Assembly: GCA_951406725.2 (NCBI GenBank)
Contig: OX597819.1
Coordinates: 42,656,001-42,720,000, forward strand
Direction: 5' to 3'
Length of the DNA: 64,000 nucleotides
DNA from: Octopus vulgaris
Lineage: Eukaryota
Shown here piece by piece: positions 11,140-24,246 of the stretch. The notes under the pieces were generated by a model that was not told the DNA's origin, searched no databases, and worked only from the letters and a program-made list of their open reading frames with translations. The stretch's first letter is position 1; every line of letters starts with the position of its first letter. The translations under genes and the position numbers were made by a program.

Positions 11140-11677
11140 TGCCCTTGGTGTCATGCAGTAGAATTGAGACCAAAACTACTTACCTGAACTTATTGTAATT
11201 AATGTTGTTAAGAAGTATTTAAAAATAATTGAGAGATCAATTTATACGAATCATACAAGAAATTGAAATGTGTTTTATATTGTGTACATGTATGCTGTTT
11301 GTTCAAAGTTATAAAAAAAATTATGTTAAGTAACACAAAGACCAAAATAAAATGTAAAACCAGATGTCATTTTGTTATGATCTTGTGTACCATAACAAAA
11401 GAACACCTCACAATTCTGTCTTTTTGTACTGCCTCTCTTCTATAAGTCCTTGTAACTAATAAAGAAACACACATAGCTTGGTAGAATCATTAGAAGGGCA
11501 ATAATTTGGCAGAGTCACTAAAATCTTGCAGTCTTTAGTTACTATTCTTTATGTCAAGTGTTCAAATCTTGCAAGAATCAGTTTTGCCTTTCATCATTCT
11601 GGGATTGATAAAATAAAGTACCAGTTGATATTGCTTCAGTGTTGAGTCTTTATAATCAATTATCATTACAATTATTG

Positions 11678-12168
11678 AGTGTGATCGTTTGACACAGCAG
11701 CTAACCGGCTTCTGTGCCAGTGGCACATAAAAGGGGCACCATTTGAGTGTGATCGTTACCAGTGTCACCTTACTTATTTGTGCCCGTGCTAGTAGGGTGC
11801 CAAGAGCACCATCCGAGCATGATTATTAACAGAGCAGCCAACTGGCTTCCATGCCGGTGGCACATAAAAGGGCGCCATTCGAGCGTGATCGTTACTAACG
11901 TCACCTTACTGGCACCTGTGCCGGTGGCATGTGTAAAAAGATTCGAGCGAGGTCATTGCTAGTACCACCTGACTGGCCCCCGTGTCGGTGGCACATAAAA
12001 ACCACCCACTACACTCTCAGAGTGGTTGGCGTTAGGAAGGGCATCCAGCTGTAGAAACTCTGCCAGATCAAGATTGGAGCCTGGTGCAGCCATCTGGTTC
12101 GCCAGTCCTCAGGCAAAATCGTCCAACCCATGCTAGCATGGAAAGCAGACGTTAAATGATGATGATGA
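11678..12168 (+). repeat. 3' UTR/tail of the PHD-bearing RTE LINE family (tandem subrepeats plus (GAT)n tail)
   Basis: Repeated gtggcacataaaa units, then gagtggttggcgttaggaagggcatccagctgtagaaac...catgctagcatggaaagc...gatgatgat. Further copies at about 12352-12498, 13470-13953, 19920-20110(-), 21140-21430, 22455-22930(-), 23745-24172, 34840-35160, 40720-41102, 42580-42785, 47160-47460 and 49935-50090. Confidence 0.8.
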
Positions 12169-12521
12169 GGTGGTGAGCTAGCAGAATTGTTAGCATGTTA
12201 TACGAGATGCTTAGCAACATTTCTTCCAGTCCATTACATTTTAAGCTCATCTTTGCCTTTCATTCCTTTGGGTTTGATAAAATAAGTATCAGTGAAGCAC
12301 TGGGATTAATAAAATTGACTAGCTCTCTTCCTTTTAATTTTAGGCCTTTTGTTTGGCGTTAGGAAGGGCATCCAGCCGTAGAAACACTGCCAGATCAGAC
12401 TGAAGCCTGGTGCAACCTTCTGGTTTCACAGACCCCAGTTGAACCATCCAACCCATGCCAGCATGGAAAACGGATGCTAAATGATGATAATGATGATGTT
12501 CATAGAATTATTATCATTATT

Positions 12522-13250
12522 GGTGCTCACCACCCTCTACAAGTTGAGTAATATGGTCAGTGGAGATTCTACATTAGTGATATATGGAAATCTAGTAGTG
12601 GTCAAAAGTTATCACCTTCTCAGGGAAACTCTAGGCGGCAACAAGAACAAACTAGCTGGTCTCTTTCAGAACTCCCTGGCCTGGCAATGAGCTAGTTCAA
12701 GATAAACTCTACAGGCATGGAAATATCACCAGGTAGAACTGCCCAAGATGCATGCAAAGAAATGGAACTATTTTATGTATTTGTGTAGTGTCCAAGCATT
12801 GCTGACTTTGGGGGTTATGTGAAACAGCTGTTGTCACACATAGGATGAATCCAATATTGGCTTACTCCATAGTGAGGATCACTCCACCAACCACCTTCAA
12901 CAAGGCAGGAATGAGAGTATTCCTCTGTCTAGTGGCTGTGGCAAAAGGTTGTGTGATGGACAAGGCTGAAATGATTGAGGTAAAACACTTCCCTTTTCAG
13001 TCGAGTTCTCATTGATTTTCTTAGAAGTTCCACTTGGAAAGGAAAGTAAGGATGGAGAAGGAAGTGCTTTCTCCCAACAAATTTGTAAAACGGTGAGTGA
13101 CTGGCAAAAATGGCTAGAGTGAATGGACCTACTTTAAGCATGTACCTATAGATTGTAGAACAACAGCTCAGCAAGAGCTCATGCTTTTGGAAGTCAGAGT
13201 AATTCTGGATCTTTAGGGTTCCTTAACTGGCCTTAGTTGCAGATTCTCCT
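12522..13250 (+). mobile_element. Degenerate Tx1/L1-like LINE 3' end
   Basis: Visible nucleotide similarity to 32540-32770 (gtggctgtggcaaaagg...aaaggaaagtaaggatggaga...gtgaatggacctactttaagcatg). It starts right after a SINE ttattatcattatt tail. Confidence 0.55.
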
Positions 13251-14519
13251 GTGTCCGAAGGATTTCATCATTTGTGTGCTCATAGTTTTGGATACCATCT
13301 TTGGCTTGTTTCAGTCATCAGACTGCAGCTAGGCTAGGGCACCGCCTTGAATTTTTAGTCAAATGACTGCTAAGTTACAAGGACACAAACACCACAACAC
13401 TGATTGTCAAGCAGTGGAGAGTGGACACACTCTGATATATATGTCTGCGTGTGTGAGACTTTGGGTGATATGCTGTGCTTGAGAAAACCTGTCAAGCCAA
13501 GTGCAATTGTAGTCATGGACAATGCTGGTGTCACATAACTGGCACGTAAAATGCACCTTTCAAGCATTGGGCCTCATGGAGGCAATGTGGCCAATGCTGG
13601 TGTCACACAACTAGCACCTGTGCCGGTGGCATGTAAAAAGTACCTTTCAAACATTAGGCCCAATGGAAGCAATGACCAAAACCTTTGGCAATATTCCATG
13701 CTTTTGTAGAAGACCCATCAAGCCAAATGAAATCATAATTGTGGCAAATACTGGTGTTACACAACTGGCACCTGTACTGGTGGCATGTAAAAGCACCCAT
13801 TACACTCTCAGAGTGGTTTGCATTAGGTAGAGCATCCAGCCGTAGAAACCATGCCAAATCAGACTGGAGTCTGGTACAGACCCTCAGTTTACCAGCCCTG
13901 GTCAAACCATCCAATCCATGCCAGTATGGACAATGGATTTTAAATGATGATGAGAGATGGACGCCAGCAGATTTCAACATGGTAGATTGAGGAGATGTTT
14001 CAAAGGGTTAAGATGTGCTGAAGATGGTAAGACTTTTATATCAAACCAGAAACCAGTCCACATATATACCTGTACCATTAAATATATAGCTTTATGTTAT
14101 ATAGGTATGTGAGGGATTTTTTCGATCCACTCGCTCATGTACTGTTGAATCTGTTATTTTCAGTGTAAATTCTTTTTGGTGGGTCAAATGTGGGTTTTAA
14201 CTCTCATTTCTAGCAGGTATACACGTTAATGTGTCCTTATGATTAATATGATTTTAATTATACTTCATTCTTTCGTTCCCCCTCTCTCACATTTCATTGC
14301 CTTCCCTCTTTTTTCACTTGTCCTTGTCATTTTTTCTTGCCCCTCCTTATTTCTTCTGTCCCTCTGCCTCTACCTTTCTCTCTTATCTCTCCATGTGACC
14401 GGTGTTCGGCCAAGCCTGACCTTTTTTTCTTGGTTTGGCTGTCCATGCAACATCTATACTCTTCTCTGTGAAATCTTGTATCCCAGCCGTGAGGCTTTAC
14501 TTCCACAGAAGCCAGCTTA

Positions 14520-14940
14520 ATTTAAATCATCCCTAGTCGAAAGACACCTGTTGTTATGTCCTGTTATTTGTATTTGCGTAACCTTCTCTGTTTTTTTTTT
14601 TCGTCCTTGTTTTCATATACATTCGCTGCTTTCTTCCAAGGAATCTAATGCTCTTAGCTTAGTTTTTCCTTGGGGCTGGCTAGATTGGCGCAATCTCAAG
14701 TATAACCAGCCGAAATTGCAAAGATAATCTTGAACTCGACTAAGGAAAGAAAACTCTGAATGACCTGTCTTTGTTTTCTTTGTATCGTCTATCTGGATGT
14801 TTTGTTGTCCCTTTCTTGTATCACCTAACTGTCTGGACGTTTTGGGTTTTTCTCTAATTTTGTAATTTTATTATATATATATATATATAGTGGCATACGT
14901 ACACTTTGGTCTCTTATATGTAAGTATATATTTACACTCC
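14520..14940 (+). repeat. Interspersed repeat (possible Penelope-like terminal repeat fragment)
   Basis: The same sequence (gctcttagcttag...tataaccagc...gaaaactctgaatgac; gtacactttggtctcttatatgtaagta) recurs at about 46320-46590 and 47470-47770. The family assignment is tentative. Confidence 0.55.
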
Positions 14941-15339
14941 TGCACTTGTTTGAGTAAATTCTTGAGAATTTTTTGGGTTTTACTTTCTTTATAACTTTAT
15001 ATTTTATCCCTCTGTAGGTGATCATGTTCACCTGTTGGAGTAAAAAAGACCACGTTGTCATCATAGATTGAAGACCCCTGGAGTGACTTTGTTTAAAGTG
15101 AAAAAGAGTCGTGCACTGTCAAATTCACTCTCTCATCCATAACTGTCTTTGATCAACCCAGCGGCAAGACCAAATCAAGATGACTACAAAAATGAAAACA
15201 GATGCAATGGATGACTAAGATGTATTACTTGCCGCATCTTGCTATCTTCACACCACAATGTGTTACTGCAACCACCTTCCCCCTTTTGAACCATGAAGAT
15301 TTTTTTTTTCCAAAAATGCAGTTGCCCGTTGGATTCTTT

Positions 15340-17140
15340 CCTAACATGAGCGAAATGCTATCAGCAAACATTGTGAGGATATGGCAGGGAAAGACAACAG
15401 ATCCTCAGAAAAAAAGATCTTAATGTGACCAACATGGAAAAATATGAAGAAGATATCTCTGCAGTTGAAACAGTAGAGACCATGATCAATCCCTTCCAGG
15501 AAAATACCGAAGAACTCGTGCACATTGCATCAGGAGTGATAGCTTCCACTGATGTCTGTGATGATTATACTTCTGCATACGCAAGTGGAGATGATGCTTT
15601 CAAGGCATTTTGTGAAGAACGCTTACAAGAAGAGGGAGACTTGTTCAGGGTCCTCAAAAAGCAGAAAAAGAAAACCTTCACAAAAATGAACAAAACTTCA
15701 ACGACCAAAGTAAAAAGCAAAGAAGTTACAATAAAAGCTGATTGCAATCTGTTTCAATGTTTGGTTGTTATTGCTGGAGTAAGGAAATTTGATCTCCAAA
15801 ACATAATGTATAATCTTGGCCCTTGACCAAGACTACAAAAGCAACTCTTCTTCATTCTATTGAATCCGGTGTAGAGCCTGCTCCAGTTGTGGAAGGTATT
15901 CCATTGGGTAGTGTGTGGATTGTAGATGGGATGGCAATGCTCCAAGAAATTCCCCCAGAAGGTTGTGCCAGGTACATTTGGTGAACTTTGAGAATATGTA
16001 ATCAAACAGCTTATTCACCTTGCGCACAATGCTCACATTGTGTTCGCTTTGAGTATCAAACAATGAGTATCAAAGCAGCAGAGCAAGGAAAGCAAACTGC
16101 AAGTGGAAGCCAACTCACCAAGATCAGAGCAAAAAATGCCCAATCAAAAGTAAAAGTTTTTCTCATGCAGTCAAAACAAAGAAGCCTTAATTCAGTTCTT
16201 CATCAAGATGTGGCAGGAACACCCAACCTTGCTTCATGATGTAAAAGTTGTTATGGCTCACAACAAAGAATGTCATTTGCCGTAGAATGTAAATGGCACA
16301 GTCAAGATACAAATTGTGAAGGAACTTGAATGCAACCATGAAGAAGCAGACACCAGGCTGTTCTTGCATTGTCAATATGCTGCTGCATTTCTCCCTTCAG
16401 CTTCAAGCAGTACACCAGCAATCATTGTAAAGAGTCCAGACACTGATGCTTTCATTATTGGCATAGCAAAGGCTCATCAAATTCAAGCCCCATTTGCTCT
16501 TTCACACTGGTAGAGGCAACAACAAGCATACACTTAATCTAACAGCTATACAAAATCATCTCGGAGACAGTGTTGCAGATCCCTTCATCGGCCTTCATGG
16601 TTTTACAGGCTGTGACTCAATAGTCTGTTTCTATGACTGGTCTAAGAAGAACGTCTTGAAGCTCATGACTGAATCTGTTGATTTTCAAGCAGCCTTTCAA
16701 CAATTTGGTGCAACATTCTCTGTAGAAAATAGTCTGGTACACACAGTGGAGAAATTTGTTTGTACACTGTATGATCAAGATTGTTCGAGTGTCAATACAG
16801 TAAGGTATAACAAGTTCTTGATAGGTACTAAAGCAGAGATAAACATGCCTCCCACACATGATGCCATGGTGGAACACTTGATGAGGGCAAACTACCAAGC
16901 AGGAGTACATATCAAATGTCTTGAACAGTTTCCCAGTATCCCCAGCTCACACAAACATGAATGAAAAGTAAAAGATACCACTATAGAAGTAGTGTGGGGT
17001 GATCTTCCACCTGCACCAAGTGCTCTGCTTGAGCTTAATTATTGCAGTTGCAAGAATAGCTGTGAGGAACTCAAAGATGAAGGAAAGGGTCGGAAAGGTA
17101 ACCTGCATAAATCTGTGTAGATGCATTAATTGCCAGAATT
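15340..17140 (+). pseudogene. AcademX-like DNA transposon relic: XPG/FEN1-like nuclease and Cys-rich C-terminus, frameshifted
   Basis: ORF pieces carry NPF, CNHEEADTRLFLHC, IIVKSPDTD, IGLHGFTGCDS and MPPTHDAMVEHLMRANYQ, then CSCKNSC...TCINLCRCINCQN. An XPG domain plus Cys8 finger is the described AcademX architecture. No TIRs identified. Confidence 0.7.
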
Positions 17141-17689
17141 TAGCTCAAATGATGTGGAAGGTGATATATATGAAAACACAAGTCAAGATAGAAAATGCTA
17201 AAATAATTTTATCAAGAACATTTCAGTACCGGTTTCAGTCATTTGAGACCTTTTCAACTGTAACAATTAAATAGAAAATTAAAAAGAAAAGTTTTTTTAA
17301 AAGAATATTTGTATAGTGTTCAAATATATGTGGCATTTTCCTTGTTTCTGCCTTTCTCTGTCTCTCTTGAACACTATAGAAATATTCTTTTAAAAAAACT
17401 TTTCTTTTTAATTTTCTATTTAATTGTTACAGTTGAAAAGGTCTCAAATGACTGAAACCGGTACTGAAATGTTCTTGATAAAATTATTTTAGCATTTTCT
17501 ATCTTGACTTGTGTTTTCATATATATCACCTTCCACATCATTTGAGCTAAATTCTGGCAATTAATGCATCTACACAGATTTATGCAGGTTACCTTTCCGA
17601 CCCTTTCCTTCATCTTTGAGTTCCTCACAGCTATTCTTGCAACTGCAATAAGTAAGCTCAAGCAGAGCACTTGGTGCAGGTGGAAGATC
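17001..17689. repeat. Near-perfect inverted duplication (arms 17001-17323 and 17367-17689)
   Basis: Track ORFs 16999-17274(+) and 17416-17670(-) encode almost identical peptides; 43-nt spacer; an extra partial tandem copy at about 17690-17790. Confidence 0.9.
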
Positions 17690-17799
17690 TGTTACAATTG
17701 AAAAGGTCTCAAATGACTGAAACCGGTACTGAAATGTTCTTTATAAAATTATTTTAGCATTTTGTATCTCGACTTGTTTTTTTCATATATATATATATA

Positions 17800-18200
17800 C
17801 TTTTACTCTTTTATTTGTTTCAGTCATTTGACTGCAGCACTGCCTTAAACTGATTTTTACCCAAAGAAATCGACCCCAGGACTTATTCTTTGTAAGCCTA
17901 GTACTTATTCTATCAGTTTCTTTTGTTGAACCACTAAGTTATGGAGATGTAAACACACCAACATCAGTTGTCAAGCAATAGTGAGGGGAACAGACAGACT
18001 CAAAGACTTGCTCACATAAATATAAACATAATATATATGATGGACTTCTTTCAGTTTCTGTCTGCCAAATCCACTCACAAGGCTTTGGTCAGCCTGAGAT
18101 TATAGTAGAAGACACTTGCCCAAGATGCCATGCATTGGGACTGAACCCAGGATGATGTGGCTGAGAAGCAAGCTTCTTACCACACAGCCACACCTGTGCC
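17800..18200 (-). mobile_element. tRNA-derived SINE, family A (Octopus OR-like)
   Basis: Family consensus catggctgtgtggtaagaagcttgcttcccaaccacat...ccttgggcaagtgtcttctactata...gactgaaacaagtaaaaga. Other copies at about 1-26, 9740-11180, 37520-38080(-), 39915-40245(-), 41105-41480(+), 43600-43990(-), 44025-44420(+), 45035-45370(+), 51355-51520(+), 51555-51895(-) and 53983-54115(+). Confidence 0.75.
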
Positions 18201-18839
18201 TATATAAATATATATATGTGCAGCAACCTTAATACAGTTTTCATCTACCATATTTAAGGCATTGGTCAGTTTTGAGCAATAATAGAAGACTCCTGCCTAA
18301 GGAGTTGCAGTGGAATTGAACTCAAAATTATTTGCTTGCAAAGCGAACTGCTTAACCGCACAGCCATACTTGTACATATTTAGATATCATAAGATTAAAA
18401 CAGAGGGCCTTGTGTGTGTGTTTAATATTTTTAGGTTTACTGTTGGAAGTTATTGCAAATAATTGGTGTTAATAATCCATAGAGTATTGTTGAGACTTAA
18501 ATAATCTAGTATTTATTGATACTTTAAAATCTACAGTATCCATTGCTACTTCAATGGCAGCTCTTTAGTGAAATGTAGTTGTTTATTTCATACCACGAAG
18601 TATTCACTTGGGTGAGTAGGTATAAAAAAACAAAATGACAGGAGGAATATGATACTTTAGGTAAATAAGAAGTACATCATAAGCTGGAATCTGCACTTCG
18701 AAGAACATGTTTATATTTAGCTTCACGCTTAAGTATATTATGTAGAATTTATATATGTTCTTTGGTGTTATGTCACTTTTCAAGGGTAATTTGGCAAATC
18801 TAAACAACATTTGAGGAGGTACTGAAAAGTTCCTGCACT

Positions 18840-19066
18840 CAACTTTTTCGTTTCTGTATTTATTTTGAGATGCTCTGTGTTTCTTTCAATTACTTTAACT
18901 ATAACAAAGAATTTAGTAAAATAACTTAGTTATCAATCAGCTAGTGTTAGGAACATAAATTGTGACTAAGGTTTGGTGGAAGATTTTAATTCAAAACTTA
19001 TGAAAACTAGACATTTGTACTCAGAGCCAGAGCCAGTTTCAGTTGGTTTGGTAATGAAAGGGTTAA
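18840..19066. mobile_element. piggyBac-like MITE nested in a mariner-like MITE
   Basis: Right end gtaatgaaaggg-TTAA. The left flank gtactgaaaagttcctg matches the mariner-like TIR at 49675-49862. The left TIR is degenerate. Confidence 0.4.
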
Positions 19067-19408
19067 GGGTATCGAAAAAGGTCTAGTTCAAGGCTTAATC
19101 TTCCAAGTTCTTTTAATTCACAACTATGGTATCAGTAGGTCATTAAACGCTGAAAAGAGCGGAGCAGATTGTGAAGTAGATGTTTTATGGAGGGACATTG
19201 TTTGTTTTGTTTGGTTTTTCTAAGCTGACATGTTAAATGCTAAATCCCTTCCCTCTCTCTCTTAAACTCAAACATTGAACCATGACAAAATTATGAACTA
19301 CATATTTTTGTCTCTCTCACTCTTTATATGTGGGTGTGGAAAATGTGTGGGTGTCAACTATTAATCTAGAAATTTTCTTTCTAGTACCTATCCACCTGCC
19401 TGTCTGTG

Positions 19409-19488
<80 letters not shown>
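19409..19488. repeat. (CT)n microsatellite
   Basis: Seen directly; a similar (CT)n(CA)n compound lies at 21449-21570. Confidence 0.95.
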
Positions 19489-19491
<3 letters not shown>

Positions 19492-21446
19492 CAGCTTTTC
19501 TCCCTTTCTCTCCCCCACCCCAGCTTTGTCTATTCCATCTGTCACATGCTGAATCGAATATGGAGAGCTCACCTCAAACGAGTACCAACATTCACATGTT
19601 GCAGGTGAGAGAGATATGGAAGAATCTGGTCAAAAAGCAAAGGTGAAATAGATAAAAGTGGATGTTGGTGATTGCTATTTCAGATGTGAGGCTCAACTGT
19701 TGTGGCTGTGTGAATGAGTCACCAATTGCAGCTGTAAATAAGTATAAGGACCACTTGTTGAGCTGTTTAACTAAGAGTTGAAATCTGTTTATTGATACTG
19801 ATGTTGGGCGTTGACTGTTATTTCTAGCATCAGAGGTCAAATTGATGGAATTATGAAATTTGTGTAGGCTTTAACAAATAACTTCATTTCTGGTTGAGAG
19901 AGTTGGAATGTTATTGAGCTCATCATCATCATCATCGTTTAATGTCCGTTTTTCATGCTGGCATGGTTTCAACGGTTTGACTGAGGTCTGGCAAGCCAGT
20001 AAGCTACACCAGGCTCCTATCTGATCTGGCAAGGTTTCTACAGCTGGATGCCCTTCCTAGTGCCAACCACTCCAAGAGTGTAGTGGGTGCTTTTTACATG
20101 CCACTGGCAAGGGAGTGTTTAGATGTAGTACATGTCATGAAAAAATAACATCTCACTTTTACAATGACAGTGTGTTCAACATACTCAGTTCATTGGTGCA
20201 TGTCACTCTGGGACACCAGTATTTCACCATGTGTTTTGTTAACCAGAACTATGAGCCTAAACAAAGCCACTAGCATAGCTTATACTTTTAACGAACAGAT
20301 TCTGTGCTGATTAGTGTTTATATCTGCCAACTGTTAAAAAATTATTGTTTGCACCATGTACAGTGAGATCTGGGATGAACATTTGTGTATTTATTCTTAG
20401 CATGTTTTCATGCTGGGGGAGTAATGTTAGATTGCATGTATGACAGAGTATAAATATTTGAAGCAAAAAATTGGGTAAAAGAGGCATCAGATGCAGTGTG
20501 CAAGAGAGAAGACTGCTGGTATGGACATGTGATGTGTATGGATGAGGACAGCTGCGTAAACAAGTGCTGATCTTTAATTCCTGGATAGACCCATGAAAAC
20601 GTGGGACGAAGTGATGAGAAATGATATTTAAATCTATTTCCCTCTCTCTCTCTCTCTCTCATTTTGATTGTCTCTCTATATTTCTCTCTAACTCCTCCTT
20701 CCCTGTTCTACTGGAATAGCCAAATATTTCCTCTATAGTAAAACAACTATCTCTGCCCCTCTATTACACTCTAACCTCTCAACTGACTCACAGCCACTTC
20801 CTTCTGTTCAACTTTCTCTCTCAAATGAGAGGTCTTTGTCTGGCAAACTACTTGGTAACCCCACCGGTGCCACATAAAAAGCACCCAGTACACTCTGTAA
20901 AGCAGATATATATACAGTGTTAGCAAAAAAACAAAGACATGAAGATGCATGAAAAAACTTCGTATTTTTACGAAGTTCATTAAATGCCATTTTTCTTTCC
21001 GATTCAGGTAGTACACACTATGGCCTGAAGTGGGGAGCATCGCTTTTTTCTTGTTTCTTCATGTATTTGTTTTTCATTAACCTTTGAAATCGGGGCAACC
21101 TTTCTGTCACACCCTGTATATGTATGGATGGATGCATGCATGCATGCCCAAGTGTGACACTATGCCAGTGCTGCCTGACTGGCACCCCTGGTGGTGGCAT
21201 GTAGAAAGCACCATTTGAGCGTGACCAATGCCAGTGCCACCTGGCTAGCTCCTGTGCCAGTGGCATGTAAAATGCACCCACTACATTCTCAGAGTGGTTG
21301 ACATTAGGAAGGGCATCCAGCTGTAGAAATCTTGCCAAATCAGATTGGAGCTTGGTGCAACCTCCCAACTTGCCAGTCCTCGGTCAAACCGTCCAACCCA
21401 TGCCAGCATGGAAAGTGAACATTAAACAACAATACACATACACACA

Positions 21447-21509
<63 letters not shown>

Positions 21510-21516
21510 TCACTCA

Positions 21517-21572
<56 letters not shown>

Positions 21573-22938
21573 CATCAGAAGACAAAAACTATAAATTTAA
21601 ATCAGGATATGTTTATACCATGAATCATTTTAACCTGTTCATCAAGTCTCCCAAATTCTAAGTCTTTCTGCTCTACCTTTGTTCAGTCAATATCACAGAC
21701 CAAGCATGGATAAACAAAGAAAATATATTCATATAAAAGTACAAACCAAGACTGAATAAACTTTAACAAACTACATTCACCAAAACCTATTCACACACAA
21801 CCTCATTCTACTGCTTGACATGTTGAATTTATACAGCTGACAACTTAATTTTTGGACACAGTCATGGCTTTTCCCCACACAACACTAACACAGAAACTTA
21901 GTAGAGAACAAAATTTGATGCCTACATACATAGACACAAACCATAAACATTCAACCATTCAGCTACATAGAAAGAGCGCCCATCAAGTCTACCACATGAC
22001 ATTACATTTAAAGAGCTTTGCTTGGGGCTGTCACTTGGCATGTGCACTCAACCATGGCAGCCTTAATTCATGGTGCATAGAAGTTGAGGGAGCCTACAAA
22101 AATTTCATCCTCTAATTGTCCTCTACAACACTTGATAGATAAAATTCAGACAGCCTTAATTGTTTGGGATTGTCACATGTCATTAAAGCTGGAAGCTGGA
22201 ACTTACTAAAATATCTAAACCTAATCACATGATTATCCTCAGCCAATCAAATCCTACTAAAAACAAATACTAATGGTTCTCTCTATAAAAACAAAGAATT
22301 TTTGAACTTCAAACACAAACAAGACTATTTCAGCGCCACAGTCTGTCTATCTCAATCTTTGAAAATCAGGAAATCCTGTGAAACTGGTTAAATCTTTAAA
22401 AATAAAAAAAAAATCCAAACAAATTCTTGTGTATTTTCAACTTCTTTATTATATATCATCATTTAACATCTGTTGTTCATGCTGACATGGGTTAGACAGT
22501 TTGACTAGGGCTGGCAAGCTGGAAGGCTGCACCAGATTCCAGCCTGATTGGGCACAGTTTCTACAGCTGGATGCACTTCCTAACACCAATCACTCTGAAA
22601 GTGTATTGAGTGCTTTTACTCGCCATTTCCATGACACCTGAATCTGCAACCACCGCGATTTTGCTCAGCTTGATGGATCTTCTTCTCAAGCATGACATAA
22701 TGCCAAAGGTCTCGGTCATTGCTTCCGTGAGGCCCAACACTTGAAAGGAACTCACCTCCATGAGGCCCACTGTACGAAAGGAACTCAGCCACTTTGTTTC
22801 CATGAGGCTCAACACTTGAAAGGTGCTCTTTATGCTCTGCTAGCACAGGTGCTAGTTACATGACACCAGCATCAGTCACAACTACGATTTCACTTGGCTT
22901 GACGGGTCTTCTCAAGCACAGCATATCACCAATATACC

Positions 22939-23640
22939 TCTTATATAAAATCTGTTCTGTCTGTGTGTGTGTGTGTGGGGGGGTCTTCTTGGATCTTGGG
23001 CATCCTCCATCCGATTGCGCTCAAATTTGATATGTAGATACCGACTGTATCAGGGTGTGTATAAGTCTTGAAAAAGTTACAAAAATTGATTCCAGGTGAG
23101 AATGCAATCGATAAAGCTGTGGGAAATCGTTTTTCTTTGGTTGCACAATCGACTGTATGGCACTGATAGGAGTTACCACCCTTAACACCAAGCATGCATA
23201 TTTCATACACAGTCAATCGTTTTTCTTTCTTTTTCTTTTTCAATTTTTCAACTACTGTTGAGCGCCAAACAAATTTGCTAAACTCAATTTAGTTACCTCC
23301 CTTTAACTTTTGGATGATGTTCTCGAGGCAAAAGTTATCACGGGTCAAAGAGCAGGGGATGTTGTTTTTATTTCCTGCATGTTTCCGTCGGACTGTGTTT
23401 ACCCAATGAAACATTCAATTCCCTATTCACCTGAGCTTCGCAATGACCATCAACAAAGCACACGGGCAGTCATTGAAAGTCGTGGGGTTGGACCTCAGCA
23501 CTCCTTGTTTTTTGCACAGACAACTGTATGTGGGCTGTTCGAGGGTTGGCTGTTTGACAAACCTTTTCTACTATGCTCTAGACGGAGTAACAAGGAATGT
23601 GGTTTACAAGGCTGCACTCCACTAGCTTTTCCATGCCCTT
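22939..23640 (+). mobile_element. Internally deleted Helitron with Pif1 helicase C-terminal remnant
   Basis: 5' TC-TTATATAAAA end followed by (TG)n, as in the 53-kb Helitron; MTINKAHGQSLKVVGLDLSTPCFLHRQLYVGCSRVG (Pif1 motifs V/VI) at 23443-23625. Confidence 0.75.
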
Positions 23641-24246
23641 GAACATCCCGTAAAGTAAGTTACCTTAAGATTAGTTACTTAGTTCCCTAGATTGTTGCTT
23701 TTCATGAATAAAATCACCCCAAGTTGATTTCCTAAATCAAAGAATCAAATCAAAATCAAAATCGATCAACATCAATGGAATTTGCAGTTTGGGTACCAGT
23801 GCCTGTGGCACATAAGAGGACCATCCGAACGTGGCCGTAGCCAGCACCGCATCAACTGACCTCCGTGTTGGTGGCATGTAACAAACACCATCCGATCGTG
23901 GCCATGCCAGCCTAGCCTGGCCTCGGTGCCGGTGGCACATAAAAAACACCATCTGAGCATGGCCGTTCGCCAGCCTTGTCTGGCACCTATGTCGGTGGCA
24001 CATAAAAAGCACCCACTACACTCATGGAGTGGTTGGCATTAGGAAGGACATCCAGCTGTAGAAACACCGCCAGATCTGACTGGCCTGGTGCAGCTTTCGG
24101 GCTTCCCAGACCCCAGTTGAACCGTCCAACCCATGCTACCATGGAAAGCGGACGTTAAACGATGATGATGATATATATATATATATATATATATATTTAA
24201 AGGAAACAATACATGTCTTTTTCTAGCTTTTTATGATATGTTGTTT

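Noticed and set aside
11690-12010. CRISPR-like repeat/spacer appearance of the gtggcacataaaa units (also 23800-24015)
   Set aside because: The repeats are degenerate with irregular spacing, the spacers resemble each other, there are no cas genes, and the units belong to a eukaryotic LINE 3' UTR.
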